The notes below the pieces were generated by a model. It saw nothing but the letters and a program-made list of their open reading frames with translations. It did no database searches and had not been told where the DNA came from. The position numbers were made by a program, and so were the translations under genes. A stretch of DNA of 64,000 bases from assembly GCA_030141605.1 (NCBI GenBank), contig JAQGDQ010002382.1, forward strand, positions 299,594 through 363,593. The letters run 5' to 3'. The stretch is from Tubiluchus corallicola. Its lineage: Eukaryota; Animalia; Priapulida. This document shows, piece by piece, positions 54,264 to 64,000 of the stretch; position 1 is the stretch's first letter, and every line of letters starts with the position of its first letter.

Positions 54264-57200
54264 TCTAAATCATGGAATCGTACTTAATCTGATTGCTTTA
54301 TCACAGTGTTGCCATTCTGGTTGATAAAGATTATTGTTTTGGAGGCTAAAAATTATAGTATTTTCCACCATATTATCGCATTTTCATGCAAAATTCAAAA
54401 TTACTGTGTATTTGCAGCAAATTATTATTATCATTGTATAATTATGCATTTAATAAGTAACCATAACACCAAAAAGTACCATTAGCAAGTGTAAAATTAA
54501 GTTTATCAAAACACAATAGAATGTTGCTAATTCCTGCATGTGCAGAACGAAGCCTGATCGTTGTCATCATGGCCATTTGACAACTATGAATGGCCCCTTT
54601 AAACTGATTAACTGTAACTGCTTCCCTTTGAGGTAAACCATTCCACAGATCCTATGACTGATAAAAAATTTCGTAATATAAAATTTATTCTTTAATTTTT
54701 ACCGTTTGTTAAACTACTCTCTTTTGAAATTACTGCTGTTTTCTGAAAACTGTTACCACTAATTTGCAACCAGCATGGTTTGAACTACAACAAAATCAAA
54801 ATTTATTTACATTTCCACGGTAAGCAGTAATGTATTTTCATATCTAAATTATCCTGTAATTATCTGTTATCATACAGTCTGTTTTTTTGTATGGTATGAA
54901 GCATCAAATTATCGTATATTCGAATAAATTTCATATAAAAAGCAACCCTGTTTATCATTTTCATGTCAGGTAAGTGCTAGAAAATAGAACGAAGGTAGAC
55001 TGTAGCAGTGTGTAGTTAATATAAAAAAGAGTTCCTTTAAGGGAAAATAGAATGGTGTATAATGTTCTCTTATGATCAGTGATTATTTTATCATTTTTAT
55101 GTTTTTATTTAGAAATGCTCCTTTTAAGGGAAAATTAAAATAAGCTTTTAGCATGTAATGGACTGAGTGGAATTCTGAAATAGTGTTGTTCCCTATAATA
55201 ATTTTACAATTTTAGTCAAAGGATTATGTGCAGTTTTAATAGAAATATTATTTTATGTTCTATGCACTAAGTGGGATGGACGTTTTTGTTGTTGTTGATA
55301 TACACTATCTTTTCTCTATATACCAGCTAGAACTACACCACTATTGTTATGCATTTGGGAAGTTTTACTTATGGACCAAAGTTGACCTTGCCTTTTTTGC
55401 CCATTTCTGAAGTTAATTATTGTAGGTTTTATATTTTAGAATTTAAATGTGCCACATTGTTCCTTTATTAGGGTAGAGGATTGAGTAATATTTTATCAAT
55501 TGTGCCAAATAAATTATCTTGTTCTCGCTTAAAGCGGCTTAGGACTATAATAATGGTGGTTATATGCGCCATGCAGTTTCTATATTTGAATGAAAATACA
55601 GCATTATTTTGTTAATTGTGCCAAATGAGTTAATACGTTTCTGCTTAAAGTGGATTATCAAGTTACTGCTGTGTTATTTGATTACAGTAATTTTTGTGGC
55701 TTTATAAATCGTGGACCAAGTCCACATTAAGATGAAATTATATTTTTTGTAAACAGGATGAAACAGGATAGGAAATAAGTTAACAGGTTTCTGCTTAAAG
55801 CAGATTACCAAGTTACAGATGCACTAAGCTATACTTTTTGATTACAGTCATATTTATAGCTGTATAAATCGTGGATTGAATAATTAAAATGAAATTATTT
55901 TCGTTTCTTTAATGAGATTATTCTTGTTTATTTAAACTTTAACTATGTTTCTGTGTTACAATAAATGAACTCAAAGCAGAAAATGCAGTTCCTTATATGT
56001 TTAAATTCCTGGCAAGAATAAGGGGGCATTTTATAGTACAATTCTAATGTTGTATATGTTAGATATCATGAAGCAATATCAATTTATCAGAATAGCTCAT
56101 TGCCACACACTTAAGATTTCTGGAAGTCAGTGATCAAAAGTTATATTACTGCATATTTTATTTAATAAAAACTTTAATTTGCAAACAATATGCAGCCAGT
56201 AATATGCTAGAATCTTGCTTGTTTCTCTTGTCACATCAAACTCGCATGTACACAATCTCTAAGAACACTTAAATTGTTGCATGAGGTCTGTCTCAACAGT
56301 AAGAACAGCTACATGTGGGAGTTTTCTATATAATAGCTTACAATAACTGTACGATAAAATGATTTACTATTACCAGTTGACAGAGTACCACAATGTATAG
56401 AAATGAACAAGTGAACTCATAAGATATCATACTAAGTGCAGGTGATGCTACTCATTGTATAATAAATAAAAATTGGAAAAAGTCAAAAAGTTGATAAATC
56501 TTGTTGCTGTCTCATTTGATGTGACTTATCAAATGCACTTTCACTGTTTCCTTCATGCACTTTACTTAATCACAGCCTCTTTTTGTTGTTAGCTGATGTT
56601 ATTTTTCCGTAATTTGTTGTGATTTTTGTTATACAGTCATGCAATTTGTTTTGTTTTTTTACAGAAGAAGTGGTAGTTTGTTAACATTCTACTTTATTTA
56701 ATCTCATTTTAGGTGTCTGTTTATGTGCATAATACATATTTATGGTAAAGTTTTTTCGTATTAGGCTGCTTATTGACAAATAAGAGAAATGCTCACCTAC
56801 TATGCAAGCAATTATTTAAGTCTTGCTAAAATTAATAAATGAACAATCACAGCAATTTATCGTTAAAAAAATTAACATTGTTAATACTTTTGTGGTGTGT
56901 GGTGTCTGATATGAGAGTCGTCGTAAATACGCTGTCAACGCGTTGCCAAACGATCGGTTTTCCTGTTGAAGATATCCCGTTGTGGGATGTGTGAAAAAGT
57001 GGGATGCATCGTGAGGGATATTTTAAATTTGAGTGATATAAACAAAATTGGTAGGTTTGCAATACAGATAAGGCTGAACCTCTTACAGTCAGTTATGATA
57101 CCAGTGATTTATAATACAGAAACATGGAGTGAAGTAACAAAAGTAGAAATGGGTAGGATGGAAGAAATTCAGAAGGATATGTTACAAAAACTAGTATTAT

Positions 57201-59601
57201 CACAGAAGGTGTCAACTAGTTATAGGGGTATGCTAATAGAACATTGTACATAAGTATATGCTGTAGGTATACAGTTTGTACATATAAAGACTCTTAAAAA
57301 GTCAGCCTGGAAGAAACGTGTAAAAGAAAACGTAAAAAAATTATTAAAATTACTGCACATCACCAGATATACTCAAGAACTAAGTTAAGGTTCTTATCTT
57401 ATGAGCTGAGCATGATAAACCCAAGCAGTATATAACTGAGTTAACACTAGAACAGACAAAAAGGGTTTTAGAGATAAAGCTTAATATGCTACCACTAAAA
57501 TGTAATTATAGAAGTAAGTTTAAAGGAGATATATGGTGTCCGCTATGTGGTAAAGACAGAGGATCTATTCAGACGGTTATAAGAAATGTGCTACCAACTA
57601 CAGAAGTAAATTTCCAAAGTCTGATTGAGTCAGAAGATGCACAAATAGCAAAGCAGTAGGTGGAATTTGTTCAAATAGCAATGGAAACAAGAAAAAGAAG
57701 AGGTGTCGTGCTGGGAATTTAGCCAAAATAGTAACAGTCATAAATGGTTGATTAACATCAATGCTGATTACGTTACTTGTGTCTTGCGCGATAATATTCC
57801 TTTGTGCCTATCTAACCAGATAGAGTTAACACCGAGGAAACAACGAAACAACATGTGCTTACTGGAGAACCGCAACTGCAGCGACATGACATAGAGGAAG
57901 TTGAGGAACTGCAAGATGTAAAATGTACAACACTCATCGTATAGAAAAATATAATCTTAAAGTGAACAATACAAAGACCAAAGAATACGTTATACCCACT
58001 GCTAATTTAAACATCAACAATTCTTCCTAAATATCTTTTAATGACACAGATAAAGTCAAGGAATACATTATTTAAAAATGTGTATAGTTACCAGTCTCAT
58101 GAAGAAGTGAAACAGCTTTATACAAATTGGGCAAATTTTCCAGGATTTCAAACATGTGGTGTAGATGAAATTGATAAAATGCATCTGAATTGCATATTAA
58201 AAGAATTTTGTAATAAACTTAAATCAATGTACAGAAAACTATTTTTTACAAAGCTACATAATGATCCTAGACACAGTGATGGCAAAAACAAACTAAGATT
58301 TTATAGATATGTAAAAATCAGTAATGAATTAGAAGATTATTTCAAAATTATTTCTAATGAGAAACAGCGACAAATGATTACGAAATTACGTAACAGCGAA
58401 TATGACCTGGAAATAGAATGATTTAGATATCAAAATAAAAAAGGGCGTGAAAGGCTTTGTCAATACTGTCACAACAATAGCTCAAAATTAGTAGAAAACA
58501 AATTATATTACCTTTTTACTTGTCTTTTGTATAAAGATATTAGACAAAAATATGAGCATAAATATATCTTTGCAAAAAGGTAACATATACTCAGTAATGT
58601 GGTTTTTTTCTAATTGCAAACCCAGAAGACCTTATTCACTTTGGAAACTGCTTAAATGAATGTGATAAAAAAGGCAGTTATATCTTGGTGGTAATCTGTG
58701 AGTGCTGGATAAACCTTGTGCTGTGATTGTGTAATTTAATCTCGTTTGTGATTATATTAATTATTTAGGTTTTGTGTTTTTACTACTACTTTGTAGTTGT
58801 AGCATAAAGTTTTATTTCATAAGAGCACATAATTTCTTATTAGATTTAAGTAAGTTGTACAAACTCGTGGTTTTGCAATGTTGCATAATTGCATCTGTAT
58901 TTGTTGTTTTTCGTGTTTCTTGTACTTTGACTTTTTTGCAATTGTAATTTTTTGCCATGATACGCTATTGTATTTGTGCAATAGAACAAAATTGAAATTG
59001 AAGATGCGGTAATGATTCGTGGAAAAGATGTAAATAACTTGGTAACTTGTAAGACACCGATGCCCACATACAAAGAAGGAAAATTCTTAAATTGTCTGCT
59101 TATTCACATATCTCAATGATTTTTGATAACAATAGACTTTCTCTTGAAACCAGAGTCCGGATTCTTTCAACTTTAGTTGAATCTGTGTTTTTGTACACTG
59201 CTGAGCTATGGACAATAAAAGTTAAGCAACAGAAGGACAGTTGATGCTTTTCGAAGACGTCTCTATAGGAAATTACTCGCAATTAAATCGCCTGATAGAA
59301 TATCCAATGATGATCTGTATAATGCAGTCAAGAAGATTCCTGGTAGTAGACAAATACAAGTAAGAAAATTGCTTTGGATTGGGCACACACTAACAGTAAG
59401 ATTACCTCCTCTTCCTATGGTATTGCATAAAGCTCTTGAAACGACAAAAAACCAAGAGGCTGTCAACTAGGCTGACGTATTTAGGTTTTTGGTACAGATT
59501 TATGATCTAACATGTACATTAGGCAATTTGATACAGACATCATACTATATTCAAAATTTGTAGCTGCATATTTGCCATTAGTTTCTACTCAACAGACCAA
59601 G

Positions 59602-62600
59602 ATGACAAGTTTAAATAAGGGATGCACTTTGCCTTTATATGTGGTGGATGCTTTCACAAGCCAGGCATTTGCTGGAAATGCTGCTGCTGTATGTCTAGTG
59701 TCACACAATCAGGTAAATTAATGATGATCTGTCATTAACAAACTTTTCGTCTTAATTTGTTTTCAGCTATTTTTATTGCACTGTTCTTCACTGCAAATAA
59801 CTTGTGGTCCTGTAGCACAAACTCAGTCAATGTATGTGTCTTAATCGCACTCTTATTTATGTAAAGATATGAGTTTTTAACTACTAACTGATAATGTTTT
59901 TGTTATTTATTTATGTGATTAACTCAATGAATTAACTGTGTTACAATAAATAAATCATTATATTATAATATTTAAATCGCAGGCTTGCATAATAAAAATC
60001 ACTGGTTTATTTTTAGAAATATTGAAACAAATTTAACAAGTTAGTTGAAAACAAAAGTGTCCATTTAGTCACAGCTGAAATCAATTTGTAATCAATTAAA
60101 CTTATAACATCAGTCATAATAATGTCAGGATAATGGTGACTGTGCCTTTAAGTTATGTTTGTATTTGGATCTATTATAATAGTAGGTGTTTTTCATGAAG
60201 ATTTAGTATAATTTTAAGTGACAATTACAATGAGTATCAATGCAGAAAATGCATTTTGTTGTTGTTGTTGTTGTTGTTTCCGTTTCTACGGAGGCTTTGT
60301 AGTTTCTTTCTGCAATTCGAATAGATATTCTGAGTATTATTTGAACTGTACAAAACAGGAGATATGTTATATGTTCAAAATCTATTCCAAACAGTCCGAA
60401 GGCTGTGTTGTTTTTATTAGTTGAATTGTGGTGTAATCTGCATTTCTTGGGTTATATTATTAAATGGCTGTAGACATTGTGATGTATATAGTCATTCGGT
60501 TATTCTATTTTAGGTAATCGACGATGCAAAAATGCAAAAAATTGCTTTCGAAATGAACTTGTCGGAAACCTGTTTCATTGCACTGCCAACAGAAAACGAT
60601 TCGTTCAAGAATTCTTCCCGGTTTGGCCTGCGATGGTTTACCCCTGCCTGTGAAATCCAACTGTGTGGTCATGCCACTCTTGCTGCTGCCACGGTGCTTT
60701 TCTCTTGTGTTGGTAAGTTTGCTAAGCAGGACAGAAATGTAAATCTAGAAGCTGAACCTGAGTCAGTGCTACTACATCAGCTGACACTCACAGTAAATCA
60801 GCCAGCTGGAGTTCACCATTAAGAATGACAGATTTTGATTCTTATGTCCTGCAGCAACAATTTAGCGTTAGTTTGAATAGTTTTATTTGTGAACTGGCTT
60901 AAGTGATTCGACAGCACACCCCTTTATATGCCATATATCTCTCTATATCTCTCATATTTTATGTACTCACAATGTTAAAAAAAATCTCCTGGCTTATAAT
61001 CTGGCAACTCTAGCAATGGATTTATTGCAAATATAATTTAAATCCAACCCTTGGCAAGGCTTATCTGGATTACCAACAAATCAATACTAAAATACCAAAA
61101 TGATCCAATACGTGTGGCTAATGTTGCCTATTTGTGCATTTTATTTAATTTTGAATTGACTGCTTTCTCATTCAAATATTTCTGAAGTTTAGTATCTCTG
61201 CCAGCACACGTACAATATGACCGCATTGCGACCAGTGATTTCATCATCATCATAAGCCCGTTATGTCAATTGTAGACATTGGGCAGGCAGAACTCTAAAA
61301 TAAAAGAAATCTGCCCTCAAAACAGGTAAACACAGCAGTAATCTAGCAAAAAAACTGGACACTGCTATGCCAGTGACTTGTTCGCAAGAGCAAAAATCTT
61401 CACAGCTGGCAAAAATGTCAGCTACCTCGACTTCCGTCACCGAGCGGCTGGCACGACTAAAGCTGGGTTTCTTATCTGCTAGGTCGCCTGTAGAAATAAA
61501 CCGACTGGAGCTGAGCTGAAGCGGTATGGCTCTGGCTTCTATGTCGATCCCTTAAGTATTTTTCACGTTGTCTTGAAAATCAGGGAGTTTTTATTTGCCA
61601 ACCTAATACCAAACGAATTCACTGTGAATTTATTTGTGTGCTAATGCGTTTACTTCAAATAAGCTTCCATGCAGTTTTGCTTTTTTTCTTCTATTGTTTT
61701 TTTAGATTGTGTGCCTTTTTTGCATTTTAGGACTTAAAGCATTCCGCTGTTTTCAGTTCTCATCATATTTGGCATTTTCTTAGGAGACTGTCAGCTTTCC
61801 CTTCTTTTCATCTGCACTTTAAAAAATTGGAAAAGGAAAATAGTGCCTGTTAACCATATTCTAAACCATATTCTATTCCAATAATGAAATTACAATTAGG
61901 CATTGCAATATTTGATTGTATTGCTAATCCACTAATGCTACGATTAGGCTCTAAATATTTGTGAAATTGATAATCATTATGATAGGGGGGTCTGAAATTA
62001 AAAGGCAGCTAGTGAATATATCTACAGCTATGTAAATTATTACAGGTAACGAATTTACAGAGATTACATTTGATACGCTAAGTGGACCACTTGTTGCCAG
62101 AAAAAAAGAGGACAATTTTATTCTGCTAGATTTTCCTGCTAATCCAACTATTAGTGTTAACAAGGAAAATGTTAAAGATCTTTTAAAGGTACCTACTGTT
62201 TTGAATGACCTGTAAAACAAGTTTGCCTGGGTTTTTGTTGTAAGTAATTTTATCATTGAAGCTTTTAGCAGGTAGGTGGTTGACAGTTTGGAAGACATTC
62301 TGACGCCTTGGTATATTTATGTATTTTAGGAAATTTCCGGCGTTACTTGTTTTAACTGTGTGTGCTGGCCATGTTTTTCAAATGTATCATATGGGCTGTT
62401 TTTTTTTGGCCAATAGCTAAATTGCATCTTTGCACAGACTTTTTTGAAGGCATATTACTTAGTATTATCTTACTTGTATTACTTAGTATTACGCTTTCTT
62501 GCCTGCAATACTCATGTAAATAGAAAAGACACATTTTCTAGCTTTATGTAAGTAAAGGGCTTTCTTGCCTTTTATGACAATTTTTTGGTGTTTTAATTAA

Positions 62601-63519
62601 TCCTATTCAGTTTTCGAATTTGCCTGAAGAGGGGAGACAGCATGAGAGGAACATGGAAACTATTCAAAGGTGGGACGGGGGTGGGGGGGGGTGGGGGGTT
62701 ACAGTAATGGTGGCAGTGAAGCACTTGCTGTTACTTTAATGTTTCTTTTTACTGGCTGTTACACACACGTGCATGCACGCACGCGCACACACACACCCAC
62801 ACACACGCACTGTTACATAATATAGTAAAATATATCATATCACTCTTTTCGGTGATTCTAGATTGCATAGCACTCCTACAATAGGACTAGTTGAAGTTTA
62901 GCAAACAACTATCACAATTACTAACCTGACATTCTGTGCATTAAATTTAGAAATCCACAGATTAAAGATACGAGACAATGCCGCTATGATAAAACTAAGG
63001 GTGCATTCAGACTAGCGAGTTTTCTGTTGGGAGTTTTTCTCTAACACCAAACTTGCAAGTGTGAACTGCTTTGCGAGTTACTATCGACAAGTCATTGCAC
63101 ACTTTCAGACAGTTGCTACGAAATGATTTCCTGTTTAGTGTGAACAGTCTCAGCGAGTTACTCTTGACACGGCTCCCAGTGAATAGAGGAGGAGTATCAG
63201 CTGGTGCTTACTTCATGTTGGAGAATTTTGTTCTTTAGTCTGAACGTGCTTGCGAGTTACTTGGCGAGAAAATTTGTTAGTATGAATGCTTCATTACTCT
63301 CAAAAGCAGTGCGACAAAATATCAACATTCTTGCAACAGTCAAGTCATCTAAATTCTTCTTTGTAAAAAGTATTTTGGTCCGAACTTTAATACACTGTAG
63401 AATCTTATGTGAATGTTTTTTATAATACAGGTACTTGTTGGAGATTTACCTATTGTTGATGTGGAGTATGCTCCTGTTATACAACAAATGATTGTGTGTC
63501 TTCAAGATTCTGTGTCCAG
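59602..63519 (+). CDS. PBLD: PhzF/PBLD-family protein, copy 3 (exons 1-4; continues beyond the window)
   Basis: Exons 59602-59712, 60514-60712, 62046-62188 and 63431-63519. By eye these are identical to copy 2. Confidence 0.93.
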
Positions 63520-64000
63520 GTGTGCATGTTGATAATTTTTTATTTGGTTTGTCGTGTGTCATTCGTTTTGCACTTTTCATTAGCTTTCATGTTATTATAC
63601 ATACTATAAAATTGCTGCAAATTGTACAAATCTGCAATTAATCTCTATTTCTATGAAGTGTGTTTGTGTATGTTTGTTTATTTGTTTGCTATAAAGTCCT
63701 GTTTTACTTATTTAACTTCAAATTTGGTCTATTAAGTTGCTAATACATCACACTCCCCATTGAATTATGGGATATGTACAGTTATGTGTAGAAATCAATT
63801 AACAAAAGCTGAAGACAGTCTACTTTTTAACTTTTGGCAGGAGCTCTACTTACATGAAAAAGAATTTAAAATACACTATGTTTCAGTCCATTGTTGGGTT
63901 CAAATTCTGATTGGATGAAAATTTTTCATTGTCTCATTCTTCATTCATTAGTCATTGATGTTATTATTGTTGTAAGTATAAGGCTTCATGTGTGTGTGTG

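Larger units (their letters stand above)
22952..64000 (+). repeat. Tandem segmental duplication: units start at ~22952, ~41493 and ~55918
   Basis: TTATTCTTGTTTATTTAAACTTTAACTAT..GTTACAATAAATGAACTC begins each unit. Colinear homology then runs through the LINE remnants and the PBLD gene. The unit 2-3 period is ~14.4 kb. Confidence 0.92.

Overview
AT-rich animal (invertebrate-like, intron-rich) genomic DNA; most ORFs in the track are spurious, and the real genes are spliced on the + strand. (1) 5744-19569 is the 3' two-thirds of a calcineurin A catalytic subunit gene (PPP3C/CanA). Its regulatory region carries two paralogous calmodulin-binding exons (13714-13813 and 16544-16631) that cannot both be included in frame, so they look mutually exclusive. 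It also has strong 3-nt and 9-nt microexon candidates and several weaker cassette or terminal exon candidates. (2) About 24.2-27.3 kb is a nest of LINE fragments, followed by a 355-bp solo LTR with a 5-bp TSD. (3) 29.4-64 kb is a head-to-tail tandem array of 7-exon PhzF/PBLD-family genes: two complete 296-aa ORFs and a third copy cut by the window end. Both complete copies have two active-site cysteines (LCGH and EDPVCGSAH), like two-cysteine racemases/epimerases. Copy 1 has lost the PhzF catalytic Glu (NLSET to NLPIT), and many of the copy-to-copy differences fall in or next to the active-site motifs. The introns contain a truncated THAP/P-element transposase, MITEs, a SINE and copy-specific tandem repeats. 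All alignments were done by eye and no database searches were run.
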